A stretch of 64,000 bases of DNA from Dehalococcoidia bacterium (lineage in GTDB: Bacteria > Chloroflexota > Dehalococcoidia > DSTF01 > JACRBR01). A model generated the notes under the pieces. The model was given only the letters and a program-made list of their open reading frames with translations, was not told where the DNA came from and made no database searches. The translations under genes were made by a program, and so were the position numbers. The stretch covers positions 261,158-325,157 of the forward strand of contig JBBDXE010000032.1 in assembly GCA_040902505.1 (NCBI GenBank). Direction: 5' to 3'. Positions 30,126-40,227 of the stretch are shown one piece after another (position 1 is the stretch's first letter; every line of letters starts with the position of its first letter).

Positions 30126-30452
30126 TTGGAGTCGGTCACCCAGGAGATCCCGCTCGAGCACTTCCTGATGCTCAGCTTCATCCTGTTCACCATTGGGGTG
30201 TACGGGGTCCTGGCGCGGCGCAACGCTGTGATCGTCCTCATGTCGGTGGAGCTGATGCTCAACGCCGTCAGCATCAACATGGTGGCGTTCGCGGTGTATA
30301 CGGCGCCTTCACTGTTCGCCGGCATTATCTTCGCGATCTTCATCATCGCCGTGGCTGCCGCCGAGGTTGGGCTGGCGCTGGCGGTGATCCTGCGCCTGTT
30401 CCGGAATCGCGGGACCGCGAACATCGACGAAGTCGACACATTGAAGTGGTGA
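30126..30452 (+). CDS. nuoK: NADH-quinone oxidoreductase subunit K
   Basis: IPLEHFLMLSFILFTIGVYGVLARRN...MLNAV is typical NuoK. TTG start assumed. Confidence 0.85.
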   Translation: MESVTQEIPLEHFLMLSFILFTIGVYGVLARRNAVIVLMSVELMLNAVSINMVAFAVYTAPSLFAGIIFAIFIIAVAAAEVGLALAVILRLFRNRGTANIDEVDTLKW

Positions 30453-30483
30453 CGAGGGGGAGCTAGCCATCAGCGGATTCGGC

Positions 30484-32394
30484 ATGAGCGACGCGTGGGT
30501 GATCCCGCTGCTGCCGGTGGCGGGCTTCGTGCTGCTGCTCCTGTTCAGCCCCTGGCTCCCACGCAAGGGCGACTGGCTCGCCATCGGGCTCATGGCCGCA
30601 TCCTTTGTGCTCGCCTGCCTCGTGGCCGCCGACCTCGCGGACGCTATCGGCGAAGCTGGCGTCGGGAGCTTCGCGGGCATATCCGAGAGCCGCGAGTGGT
30701 TCAACGTCGAGGGTTACATCGAGATCCGTATGGGCACCTACGTCGACCAGATCACGGTCGTGATGCTCTTCGTCGTCAGCTTCATCGCCCTGCTGGTCAT
30801 GATCTACTCCACCGGCTACATGCGGGGTGACCGCCGCTACGGCTGGTTCTACTCCATCATTTCGCTGTTCACCGCCTCCATGCTCACGCTGGTGGTAGCA
30901 GACAACCTGTTGCTGCTGTACTTCGCGTGGGAGCTCGTCGGCCTCTGCTCGATGTTGCTCATCGGCCACTACAACGACAAGCAGTCGGCGGCCGAGGCGG
31001 CGAAGAAGGCGTTCATCACCACCCGCGTAGGGGACGTCGGCCTGCTCATCGGCATCATCATCCTGTTCACCCAGACCGGCACCTTCAACATCGGCGAGAT
31101 CCTTCGCGCGGCCGAAGAGGGCGAGATCGCCCGCGAGTGGCTGACCGCCGCGGCGGTGTGCGTGTTCGCCGGCGCCGTCGGCAAGTCAGCGCAGTTCCCG
31201 CTGCACGTCTGGCTGCCCGACGCCATGGAGGGCCCCACGCCCGTTTCGGCGCTGATCCACGCCGCCACGATGGTAGTCGCCGGCGTGTACCTGGTCGCCC
31301 GGATGCTGCCGCTGTTCGAAGTGGTGCGCGGCATGCCCGAGCTGATCACCGCCCTCGGCCTGACGACGGCTGTGCTATCCGCGCTCATGGGGCTCGCCCA
31401 GCGCGACATCAAGCGCGTCGTCGCCTACTCGACACTCAATAGCCTCGGCCTGATGTTCGTGGCGCTCGGATCGGGAGCGGTGGGCGCGGCGATGCTCTAC
31501 CTGTTCGCCCACGCCTTCTTCAAGGCGCTGCTCTTCCTCGCCTGCGGCTCGGTCATCCACGCGACGGAGGAACAGGAGGTGGACAAGCTCGGCGGCCTCT
31601 GGTCCAAGATGCCCATCACCGCGCCGATGTTCATCGTCGGCGCGCTGGCGATGGCGGGCCTGATCCCATTGTCCGGCTTCTGGGCGAAGGACGAGATCCT
31701 CGTCGGCATCCGCCACGGTCACCTGAACGACATCGTCGCCATCACCGTCTTCGCGACATTGCCCATCACCTCGCTCTACATGGTGCGGTTGGTGATGCTC
31801 ACGTTCTTCGGCGAGCCGAAGGACCAGCACGTGCACGAGCACGCTCACGAGTCGGAGGCGTCGATGAGCTGGCCGCTGATGCTGCTAGGCGCGCTCGCGG
31901 CGGTCGCCGGCTTCGTCGTCTTCGAGGGCGTCGGCGAGGCGCTGGGGTTCCACAGCGGGTGGCTGGGCTTCGTCTACAACCTCGCAGAGGGTCCGGAGGA
32001 GTTCCACGTCAACTGGGGCATCAGCATCCTCTCCGTCGTCCTCGTGTCGGCTGGGCTGGTCGCGGGCCTCTGGATCTGGGCCGGGAAAGCCGAGCCCGCA
32101 CGGCGCGCCGCCGCCTTCTCGCCGTTCCTGTACCGGATGTTCCTCAACCGGTTCTACATCGACGAGGTGTACCAGGCCGCGGTCGACTACTTCGTCCTCG
32201 CCGCCGGCCGCGTGGTCGCCTGGTTCGACCGGAGCATCGTCAACGACACCGGCGTGAACGGCGCCGGCGAGACGGCGTGGTACGCGGGGTGGCTCGGGAA
32301 ATTCGCGCAGACCGGCAAGCTGCCGAACTACGCGCTGGCGATCGTCGTCGGCGTGATCGTGATGGCCATCGTGGCCTTCGGCTACCGGACGTAG
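30484..32394 (+). CDS. nuoL: NADH-quinone oxidoreductase subunit L
   Basis: 636-aa antiporter-like subunit with the NuoL pattern, including a C-terminal long amphipathic helix region. Confidence 0.9.
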   Translation: MSDAWVIPLLPVAGFVLLLLFSPWLPRKGDWLAIGLMAASFVLACLVAADLADAIGEAGVGSFAGISESREWFNVEGYIEIRMGTYVDQITVVMLFVVSFIALLVMIYSTGYMRGDRRYGWFYSIISLFTASMLTLVVADNLLLLYFAWELVGLCSMLLIGHYNDKQSAAEAAKKAFITTRVGDVGLLIGIIILFTQTGTFNIGEILRAAEEGEIAREWLTAAAVCVFAGAVGKSAQFPLHVWLPDAMEGPTPVSALIHAATMVVAGVYLVARMLPLFEVVRGMPELITALGLTTAVLSALMGLAQRDIKRVVAYSTLNSLGLMFVALGSGAVGAAMLYLFAHAFFKALLFLACGSVIHATEEQEVDKLGGLWSKMPITAPMFIVGALAMAGLIPLSGFWAKDEILVGIRHGHLNDIVAITVFATLPITSLYMVRLVMLTFFGEPKDQHVHEHAHESEASMSWPLMLLGALAAVAGFVVFEGVGEALGFHSGWLGFVYNLAEGPEEFHVNWGISILSVVLVSAGLVAGLWIWAGKAEPARRAAAFSPFLYRMFLNRFYIDEVYQAAVDYFVLAAGRVVAWFDRSIVNDTGVNGAGETAWYAGWLGKFAQTGKLPNYALAIVVGVIVMAIVAFGYRT

Positions 32395-32401
32395 GGGGCG
32401 C

Positions 32402-33910
32402 ATGCACTCCGGCTACTGGATGATCGCGACCATCGCCATCCCGCTGTTCACGGCGGCGATCCTGGTGTGCGTACCGGACTCCCGCCGGGACGTCGTGCGC
32501 TGGATCAGCGCTGGCGTCGGCGCCGCCCTCTTCGCCATCTCGATGTACATCTTCTTCGCCTACGAGGTCGACAAGGGCGAAGGCTACCAGTTCTTCATCC
32601 GATGGGACTGGCTGGAGAACGTGGGCTTCCTGAAAGACCATGGCATCTCGCTCGCCTTCGGCGTCGACGGCATCGCCGCGCCGATGGTGCTGCTGACCGG
32701 CGTCGTCGCCTTCGGTGGCACCCTCATCTCCTGGAAGATCGAGCATCACAACAAGGACTTCTTCGTGCTGTTCTGGGTGCTGGTCTCCGGCGTCTACGGC
32801 ACCTTCCAGTCGCTCGACCTGTTCTTCTTCTTCTTCTGGTACGAGGTCGCTGTGCTACCGATGTACCTGCTGATCGCCGTCTGGGGCTCCAGCAGCGTCT
32901 TCCCGACATTCGCGCGCACCAAGGAATACAGCGCGATGAAGCTCACCATCATGCTGGTGGCGGCGTCGATCCTGATCTTCCTAGGCATCTTTGCGGCCTT
33001 CCACGAGGCGGGGCTGGGGACGTTCGACCTGCAACGGCTGTACGAGCCAGGCACGTTCGACGAGGACTTCCAGAAACTTGTCTTCCCGCTGTTCGTCATC
33101 GGCTGCGGCGTGCTCGCCGGCCTCTGGCCGTTCCACACGTGGTCCCCCGACGGCCACGTCGCCGCCCCCACGGCGGTCTCGATGCTTCACGCCGGTGTGC
33201 TGATGAAACTTGGCGCTTTCGGGATCATCCGGCTGGGCATACAGCTCCTCCCTGAGGGCGCGGCGTTCTGGATGCCCGGGCTGATGGTTCTGGCGACGAC
33301 GAACGTGGTCTACGGCGCCTTCGCCGCCACCGCCCAGCGCGACTTCAAGTACATGATCGGGTACTCGTCAGTCAGCCACATGGGCTACGTCCTCATGGGA
33401 CTGGCGACGATGAACGTCATCGGCATCAACGGCGCCGTGCTGCAAATGTTCTCGCACGGGATCATGACGGCCCTGTTCTTCGCCATGGTCGGAGCCATCT
33501 ACGACCAGGCGCACACCCGCGACATGGCGCTGTTCAAGGGCCTCGCGAACAAGATGCCCCTGTTCACGTTCTTCTTCGGCGTCGCCGGGCTGGCGTCGCT
33601 CGGTCTCCCAGGGCTCTCCGGCTTCGTCGCGGAGTTCAACGTCTTCGTTGGCACGTTCCGCACGTACCCGTGGGCGGGTGCGCTCGGCATCTTCGCGGCC
33701 GCCATGACGGCCGTCTACATCCTGCGCATGATGTCGATGTCGTTCTTCGGGCCTTTCAACGAGCGCTGGGCCGATCTGAAGGATATGACGCGGCTCGAGA
33801 TGGCCACGGGCGTCCTGCTGCTCTCGTTCCTGCTGTTCATGGGCCTCTGGCCCGCCCCGTTCATCGACCGCATCAGTGAGAGCGTCATCGCGCTCCCCGG
33901 GGTGACATGA
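32402..33910 (+). CDS. nuoM: NADH-quinone oxidoreductase subunit M
   Basis: 502-aa antiporter-like subunit with the HAGVLMKLGAFGIIR motif. Confidence 0.9.
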   Translation: MHSGYWMIATIAIPLFTAAILVCVPDSRRDVVRWISAGVGAALFAISMYIFFAYEVDKGEGYQFFIRWDWLENVGFLKDHGISLAFGVDGIAAPMVLLTGVVAFGGTLISWKIEHHNKDFFVLFWVLVSGVYGTFQSLDLFFFFFWYEVAVLPMYLLIAVWGSSSVFPTFARTKEYSAMKLTIMLVAASILIFLGIFAAFHEAGLGTFDLQRLYEPGTFDEDFQKLVFPLFVIGCGVLAGLWPFHTWSPDGHVAAPTAVSMLHAGVLMKLGAFGIIRLGIQLLPEGAAFWMPGLMVLATTNVVYGAFAATAQRDFKYMIGYSSVSHMGYVLMGLATMNVIGINGAVLQMFSHGIMTALFFAMVGAIYDQAHTRDMALFKGLANKMPLFTFFFGVAGLASLGLPGLSGFVAEFNVFVGTFRTYPWAGALGIFAAAMTAVYILRMMSMSFFGPFNERWADLKDMTRLEMATGVLLLSFLLFMGLWPAPFIDRISESVIALPGVT

Positions 33911-35355
33911 GCGCAGGTCTGAACATGGACTACACCGCGTTCATCCCGGAGTTCATGCTCGTAGGGCTGGCGGCGCTCGTCGTCGCGCTCGACCTCTTCG
34001 TCCCGCAGTTCCGCAAGTCGTGGCTTCCGTACGTCGCCGCCTCCGGGTTGCTGGTGACAGCCGGCGTTTCCTGCGCCTGGATCGACAAGCAGGTCGACTT
34101 CGCGCGCCTCGTGACGGTCGATGACTTCACGACGTACTTCCGCGTGTTCTTCATGGCCATCGCCGCCGTCGTGTGTCTGGCGTCGGGCAGGCTGGTGGAG
34201 GAGCGCCTGCGCCATCCGGGCGAATACTACGCGCTCATCATCATCTCCACCGTCGGCGCTATCGGTATGGCGGCGGCCCGCGAGCTGATGACGGCGTATC
34301 TGTCGCTGGAGCTGCTGAGCTTCAGCCTCTACATCCTCGTCTCGTTCCAGAAGTACGAGGGGCGCTCGAACGAGGCCGGGATCAAGTACCTGCTGCTGGG
34401 CGCCTTCTCGTCCGCGTGGTTCCTGTATGGCCTGAGCCTGCTCTACGGCGTCGCCGGCTCCACCTACTACGACGACATCGCCCGCGCCCTGAGCGAGGAC
34501 ACCAGCGCCTACGACTTCGCGCTGCTGATGGGACTCGTGCTTATCGTCACCGGCCTCGGCTTCAAGGTGGCCGCCGTCCCCTTCCACATGTGGACGCCCG
34601 ACGCCTACGAGGGGGCGCCCGTGGCCGTCACGGCGTACCTCTCGACAACCTCCAAGGCTGCCGGCTTCGCGTTGCTGCTGCGACTCTTCAGCAGCGCACT
34701 CGACGTCGTCCACGACGACTGGAGCTGGATGATCGCAGGCATGGCCGCGGCCACGATGCTGCTGGGGAACCTCGTCGCCCTCCAGCAGCACAACATCAAG
34801 CGGCTGATGGCCTACTCGTCGATCGGGCAGGTCGGCTACATGCTGATGGGGATCGCCGGGCTCTCGCACGATACCGCCTCCGCGATCGTGCTGCACCTCA
34901 CCGGCTATATGGTCACGAACCTCGTGGTCTTCGTGGTGATCATCGCCTGGTACAACATGACCGGCCGCGAGGAGATCGCCGACTTCCGGGGCATGCGCGA
35001 GCGGGCGCCGCTGCTGGCCGCGGCGCTCGCCGCGGCCCTCTTCTCCCTCGCCGGGCTGCCGTTGTTCGCCGGCTTCGTCACGAAGTTTATCCTCTTCCAG
35101 GCCGCGACGGAGGAGGGCTACTTCTGGCTCGCGGGGATCGGCGTCGTCACCAGCGTCATCTCGCTGTACTACTACCTCCAGATCATGCGCGAGGCGTTCG
35201 TGAGCGCGCCGGAAGAGGGCGCGGAGCCGCTGCGCGTCCCCTACCTGATGCAGGGGCTCACGGTGGCGCTCATGCTCGGCGTGTTCTACATCGGCCTCTA
35301 CCCGCAGCAGCTGTTCGAGGCGATCGATGAGGCCACGCGCGTCCTGTTCGTCTGA
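33907..35355 (+). CDS. nuoN: NADH-quinone oxidoreductase subunit N
   Basis: 482 aa with ATGA overlap to nuoM and the NuoN pattern (FKVAAVPFHMWTPDAYEGAP). Confidence 0.9.
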   Translation: MSAGLNMDYTAFIPEFMLVGLAALVVALDLFVPQFRKSWLPYVAASGLLVTAGVSCAWIDKQVDFARLVTVDDFTTYFRVFFMAIAAVVCLASGRLVEERLRHPGEYYALIIISTVGAIGMAAARELMTAYLSLELLSFSLYILVSFQKYEGRSNEAGIKYLLLGAFSSAWFLYGLSLLYGVAGSTYYDDIARALSEDTSAYDFALLMGLVLIVTGLGFKVAAVPFHMWTPDAYEGAPVAVTAYLSTTSKAAGFALLLRLFSSALDVVHDDWSWMIAGMAAATMLLGNLVALQQHNIKRLMAYSSIGQVGYMLMGIAGLSHDTASAIVLHLTGYMVTNLVVFVVIIAWYNMTGREEIADFRGMRERAPLLAAALAAALFSLAGLPLFAGFVTKFILFQAATEEGYFWLAGIGVVTSVISLYYYLQIMREAFVSAPEEGAEPLRVPYLMQGLTVALMLGVFYIGLYPQQLFEAIDEATRVLFV

Positions 35356-35397
35356 TCCCTCCCGGTACGCCGCGTCAGATGCCACACTCGTCGCGAG

Positions 35398-35874
35398 ATG
35401 ATCCGCCCCGCGACGCCCGCTGACACTCCCACTATCGCCCGCCTGATCCGCGAGTTGGCGGCGTACGAGCGCCTCACGCACGAGGTCACGCTCGACGAGG
35501 CGGAGCTGCGCGAGCACCTGTTCGGCGAGCACCCGTACGTGGAGGCGCTCATCGCCGAGCACGCGGGTGAGGCCGTCGGATTCGCGCTGTTCTTCCACAA
35601 CTACTCGACGTTCCTCGGAAAGCCGGGCATCTACCTCGAGGACCTCTTCGTGCCCCCCGACCCCGGGGGCGCCGGCCACGGGAAGGCGCTCCTCGCCGCG
35701 CTGGCCCGAATCGCCGTCGAGCGCGGCTGCGGGCGGCTTGAGTGGTCGGTGCTGGACTGGAACGAGCCCTCGATCGCCTTCTATCGTTCGCTGGGCGCGG
35801 TCGCCATGGACGAGTGGACGGCCTACCGTCTGCAGGGCGCGGCACTCGAACTCCTGGCGGGCGGCCCGCCCTGA
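35398..35874 (+). CDS. GNAT family N-acetyltransferase
   Basis: 158 aa with acetyl-CoA binding motif A, RGCGRLEW..L. Confidence 0.75.
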   Translation: MIRPATPADTPTIARLIRELAAYERLTHEVTLDEAELREHLFGEHPYVEALIAEHAGEAVGFALFFHNYSTFLGKPGIYLEDLFVPPDPGGAGHGKALLAALARIAVERGCGRLEWSVLDWNEPSIAFYRSLGAVAMDEWTAYRLQGAALELLAGGPP

Positions 35875-35982
35875 ATGGGTTGACATACCGTCCGGATGAG
35901 TCATCCGCGTAGTAGGATTGTCTCTTGCCGTTAACGCCCGGCGGTGCTGTGATAGGATCGAAGGGCCGAGGGTTGGTGGGGC

Positions 35983-36834
35983 ATGGATGTCACGTCCGCG
36001 CTGAGCGAAGGCGTCCTGTCGTGGGGCCGCTGGCTGCTGGTCGCAGCCCTGCTCTTGCTTGTGCTGTACCGGGGCCGGCAGGCCGTGAACGTCCCGCGCT
36101 TCTTGCGCGAGCTGGCTCTCGTCGTGTTCGCCTACTTCGCGTACTTCCTGGTGCGCGGCTACACCGAGGGGAACGAGACACGCGCGATCGATAACGCTGA
36201 GGATCTGATCCGCGCCGAGCGGGCGCTCGGCATCCTCTGGGAACCCCATCTGCAGTCGCTCATCCTCGACAGCCACCACCTTGTCACCGTCGCGAACTGG
36301 ATGTACATCTGGGGCCACTGGCCGCTGATCGTGCTGGTGGCGGCGTGGCTGTACGTCTGGCGCCCGGACACCTACCGGCTGTTCCGCAACGCGTTCATCA
36401 TCTCGGGCGCCATCGGGCTGGTGATCTTCATGATGTTCCCGGTCGCGCCCCCTCGCCTCACGGACCTCAGCGTCGTCGATACGGTCACGCAGTATTCTCG
36501 CGCGTACCGCGTGCTCCAGCCTCCCGCGCTGGTGAACCAGTACGCCGCCGTCCCCAGCCTGCACTTCGGGTGGAATCTGCTCATAGGCATCGCGCTCATC
36601 CGGGAGTCGCGGTCGTTCATGATGCGGGCGTTCGGCGTGCTGCTGCCGGGCATCATGTTCCTGGCGATCGTGCTCACGGCTAACCATTACATCCTCGATG
36701 CTGTGGCCGGGGGGGCCGTGGCGCTGGCGGGGCTTCTGATCTCCGCCAACCTCGCGGCGCTCTCCTCTGCCCGCTCGCGGACGGAGACGTCGATGACGCC
36801 GATCGGGCCCACGAGGAGCGGCGGCACATCGTGA
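35983..36834 (+). CDS. PAP2 superfamily membrane protein (AUR1/inositol-phosphorylceramide synthase-like phosphatase fold)
   Basis: Polytopic membrane protein. PAP2 motifs PSLHFGW and NHYILDAVAG lie in the C-terminal half. Confidence 0.6.
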   Translation: MDVTSALSEGVLSWGRWLLVAALLLLVLYRGRQAVNVPRFLRELALVVFAYFAYFLVRGYTEGNETRAIDNAEDLIRAERALGILWEPHLQSLILDSHHLVTVANWMYIWGHWPLIVLVAAWLYVWRPDTYRLFRNAFIISGAIGLVIFMMFPVAPPRLTDLSVVDTVTQYSRAYRVLQPPALVNQYAAVPSLHFGWNLLIGIALIRESRSFMMRAFGVLLPGIMFLAIVLTANHYILDAVAGGAVALAGLLISANLAALSSARSRTETSMTPIGPTRSGGTS

Positions 36835-37508
36835 GGGATGCCCTGGCCGGGGCCCCCCGGCCGATCGCCATCGCGCACCGCGCGGGCAATTCTCTGACAC
36901 AGCTCCGGACCGCCGAGAGGGGCGGCGTCGACTTCGTGGAGGCGGACGTCTGGCTGCACCACGGGCGGCTGGAGGTGCGGCACCTGAAGTCGCTCTCGCC
37001 GCTGCCTGTCCTCTGGGACCGCTGGAAGCTGGCGCCCGCCTGGCGTCCCCGCCTGCACCTCGACGCGCTGCTGGCGGCGCTGGCTGCGGGGACGGGGCTG
37101 ATGCTCGACCTGAAGGGGCGCGAGCCGCGGCTGCCCGAAGCGCTGGTCGCCGCGGTGAGGGACGCCGGCAGGCCGGTCCTCGTGTGCGGGCAGAACTGGC
37201 GCATGGTCGACGCCTGCGCGGCCGGCGGCATCACGGTCGTCCACTCGGTGGGGACAGCGGGGCAGCTGGCGGCGCTGCAGCCGCACCTCGATGGGCACGA
37301 AGGGCACGCCATCTCGGTCCAGCGGCGGCTGCTGGACAGGGAGGTGGTGCGGGGGCTCAAGGAGCGGGCGAGCGCCGTCGTGACGTGGCCGGTGAACGAC
37401 GACGCCACGCTGCGGCAGGTGCTGGGTTGGGGGGTGGACGGGGTGACCAGCGACAACCTGGAGCTGCTCCGGCGCCTGGTGGCGGGCCGGGCCGGGCCGG
37501 CGGCGTAG
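36831..37508 (+). CDS. glycerophosphodiester phosphodiesterase (GDPD) family protein
   Basis: IAHRAGN...E.D near the N-terminus and VVTWPVND at the C-terminus are GDPD TIM-barrel signatures. GTG start overlaps the PAP2 gene stop. Confidence 0.65.
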   Translation: MRDALAGAPRPIAIAHRAGNSLTQLRTAERGGVDFVEADVWLHHGRLEVRHLKSLSPLPVLWDRWKLAPAWRPRLHLDALLAALAAGTGLMLDLKGREPRLPEALVAAVRDAGRPVLVCGQNWRMVDACAAGGITVVHSVGTAGQLAALQPHLDGHEGHAISVQRRLLDREVVRGLKERASAVVTWPVNDDATLRQVLGWGVDGVTSDNLELLRRLVAGRAGPAA

Positions 37509-37850
37509 CGCGCTGTCGGGGCTTTGATTGCGGGATTGTTTCTCGGAAAAACGCACGTCCCCAGTGCGCTCTTTCGAGTCTGCGCAAAACGCACCGTGGC
37601 TGATTGTTCTGGCGCGGATGCGCTGTACTCCCCGGGAGGAGCGGGCGGCGGCGGCGGTCCATGGCGCGAGCGTAGCGGCGTCGCGGGAGAGCTCCGAGCG
37701 TTCGGTGTCACGCAGGGATGCGGGAGGCGGGATGCCCCGCGCCGCCGCCCGCGGGTGTATGGGGGATCGGCGCGCGAGGATTCTTCGCTGCGCTCAGAAT
37801 GACAAGTGGTGGCGAGTTGCAGTGGAGGACGAGGGGGGCGGGCGGGCGGC

Positions 37851-39179
37851 CTAGAGGACGGCCAGGTAGCGGTCCATCTCGAAGTCGGAGACGTGCTTGC
37901 GGTAGGCGTCCCACTCGATGGTCTTGTTGCGGATCAGGCTCTCGAAGACGTGGTCGCCGAGGGCGCGGCGGGCGAAGTCGCTCTCGGAGAAGCGGAGGAT
38001 GGCCTCCTTGAGGCTGCCGGGGAGCACGTCGATGCCGCGTTCCTTGCGCTCGGCGTCTGACATCTCGAAGACGTTCTCTTCGACCGGGTGGCCGAGCGGG
38101 TACTCCCGCGCGATGCCTTCGAGGCCGGCCGCCAGCATGATGGCGAACGCGAGGTAGGGGTTGCAGGCGGGGTCGGGCGCGCGGTATTCGATGCGCGTCG
38201 CCACCTCCTTGCCCGGCTTGTACTCCGGCACCCGGATGAGGTCGGAGCGGTTGCGGCGGGCCCAGGTGATGTAGACCGGGGCCTCGTAGCCGGGGACGAG
38301 CCGCTTGTAGCTGTTGATCCACTGGTTCGTGACGAGCGTGAACTCCGGCGCATGGTGCAGGAGCCCCGCCATGTAGGACTTCGCGATGGCGGAGAGGTGA
38401 TACGGGTCCTCCGGGTCGAAGAAGGCGTTGCGGTCGCCCTTGAAGAGCGACTGGTGCGTGTGCATGCCGGAGCCGTTCTCGTTGGCAAGAGGCTTGGGCA
38501 TGAAGGTGGCGTAGACGCCGTTCGCCAGCGCCACTTCTTTCACGACGAGACGATAGGTCATGGCATTGTCGGCCATGGTGAGGGCGTCGGTGTAGCGCAG
38601 GTCGATCTCGTGCTGGCTCGGCGCCACCTCGTGGTGGCTGTACTCCACGCCGATGCCCATGTCCTCGAGCGTGAGGACGGTCTGCCGGCGGAGGTCGCTG
38701 GCGACGTCGAGCGGCGTCAGGTCGAAGTAGCCGCCCTTGTCGAGCCCTTCCGGCGCGTCGGCGGTCTTGAAGTAGAAGAACTCCAGCTCGGGCCCGACGT
38801 AGAACGTGTAGCCGAGGTCGGCGGCGCGCTTGAGCTGCTTCTTGAGGACGAAACGCGGGTCGCCCTCGAAGGGGGCGCCGTCGGGGTGCTGGATGTCGCA
38901 GAACATGCGGGCGACGCCGCGCTCTTTCGGGCGCCACGGGAGCATCTGGAACGTCGCCGGGTCGGGCATGGCGATCATGTCCGACTCGTCGATGCGGGCG
39001 AACCCCTCGATGCTGGAGCCGTCGAAGCCCTGCCCTTCGTCGAGGGCCTCCTCCAGCTCCTCGACGGTGATGGCGAAGCTCTTGAGCGAGCCCAGGATGT
39101 CGGTGAACCAGAGCCGGATGAACTTGATGTCCTGGTCGCGGCAGGTCTGGAGGACGAAGTCTCGCTGGTCGTCGATCAT
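37851..39179 (-). CDS. glnA: glutamine synthetase type I
   Basis: 442 aa with GS catalytic-domain motifs (GPELEFF, NGSGMHTHQS, the N..Y.R...G.E.P region). Confidence 0.9.
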   Translation of the reverse strand: MIDDQRDFVLQTCRDQDIKFIRLWFTDILGSLKSFAITVEELEEALDEGQGFDGSSIEGFARIDESDMIAMPDPATFQMLPWRPKERGVARMFCDIQHPDGAPFEGDPRFVLKKQLKRAADLGYTFYVGPELEFFYFKTADAPEGLDKGGYFDLTPLDVASDLRRQTVLTLEDMGIGVEYSHHEVAPSQHEIDLRYTDALTMADNAMTYRLVVKEVALANGVYATFMPKPLANENGSGMHTHQSLFKGDRNAFFDPEDPYHLSAIAKSYMAGLLHHAPEFTLVTNQWINSYKRLVPGYEAPVYITWARRNRSDLIRVPEYKPGKEVATRIEYRAPDPACNPYLAFAIMLAAGLEGIAREYPLGHPVEENVFEMSDAERKERGIDVLPGSLKEAILRFSESDFARRALGDHVFESLIRNKTIEWDAYRKHVSDFEMDRYLAVL

Positions 39180-39438
39180 GTGCGCCTTTCCCGTGCGTCC
39201 ATTCTATCGACGTGAGGGTGGGGGATCGCTGGGTGGGGGTGCAGGTGGACGGGGCGTAACACAGTCTTAATCGACGCGGCGACCTCTCCGGCTTCGCGGA
39301 GGGGGTGACGGCGATGAGGCGGTGGTGGGCGAGGCAAGCCTCGCCCCGTATAAGCTCAATTGACGCGACAGGCGATGATAATGCATGTCGTCTCGAGTTG
39401 GGGGCTCCCCCGGCCCACCAGCCTTGCCCCCTAGTCGA

Positions 39439-40227
39439 CTATCTATCAAGACCAAGCCCTTTGTGGACATTCACGGAGAACTCATCCAGAGAAGATGCAG
39501 GAGAACCGACGCTCAGGCAGAGATCCATCTTGCTAGCATTCGCGCCACTCGTGTCGAGTACAGCTATCGTGAGTACCCCCAAACTACTGATTGCCCGAGC
39601 GAGATCCCACGCATGACCGCGTATCTCTTCGTTGTCTTGGTAGTAGATCACGTACACGCCCCGGCGCGGTGGGAAGTGCATCGTGTCGGTTCTGTGAGCA
39701 TCCGTGATGCACCCCAGCGACTTCAATTCGTCGCGCACCTCCTCTGCAAAGGCATCAGCCTCACCACTCCCCATCAAAGAATCAAAGCCAATTCGTAGGC
39801 CTCTGAGTTGCTGTAGGCTGCCGATCACTTCACGCGCGGCTGTTCCTCGCAGTGTGCGGGGTTGAGGGCCGATGTTCGTGATGGCCGCTGCTGTCTGACC
39901 CCCACGCTGACTTTCTGACTTGACGCTGACAGGCGCGTTGAATTGCACGCCCCGCTGCGCCCCGGGGGTCGACGGTGGCGGTGAGTCATGAGGGATGCCT
40001 CGTCGACGCTCTCTCAGCCAGACCGTTCCAAGCGCCATAACAAGTACGACTGCGACTAGGCCGCCTATGATTGTGGCTAGCTCAAGCCCACGTAGCCCGG
40101 CTAACCAAGCCCAATAGCCAATGCCGCCGATAAACCCGACGATCGCAACTGTTGCCACGACGGCGATGCCAGCCACGTACTGCGCCGAAAAGTCGTGCAG
40201 CCATCTTCGCCGTGCGTGAAAGTTCAT
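39439..40227 (-). CDS. membrane-anchored protein of unknown function, paralog A (shared QRGGQTAA-ITN motif)
   Basis: 262 aa with two N-terminal TM helices then a soluble domain. It shares the SESQRGGQTAAAITNIGPQPRT motif and a downstream ~50-aa module with the adjacent gene. Local GC is ~52-55% against a ~70% background. Confidence 0.55.
   Translation of the reverse strand: MNFHARRRWLHDFSAQYVAGIAVVATVAIVGFIGGIGYWAWLAGLRGLELATIIGGLVAVVLVMALGTVWLRERRRGIPHDSPPPSTPGAQRGVQFNAPVSVKSESQRGGQTAAAITNIGPQPRTLRGTAAREVIGSLQQLRGLRIGFDSLMGSGEADAFAEEVRDELKSLGCITDAHRTDTMHFPPRRGVYVIYYQDNEEIRGHAWDLARAISSLGVLTIAVLDTSGANASKMDLCLSVGSPASSLDEFSVNVHKGLGLDR

Noticed and set aside
37509-37850. 342-nt convergent intergenic region between GDPD and glnA, with small ORF 37524-37802
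   Set aside because: The ORF translation is Gly/Arg-rich with no start context. No clear terminator hairpin plus T-tract was identified. It is left unannotated.
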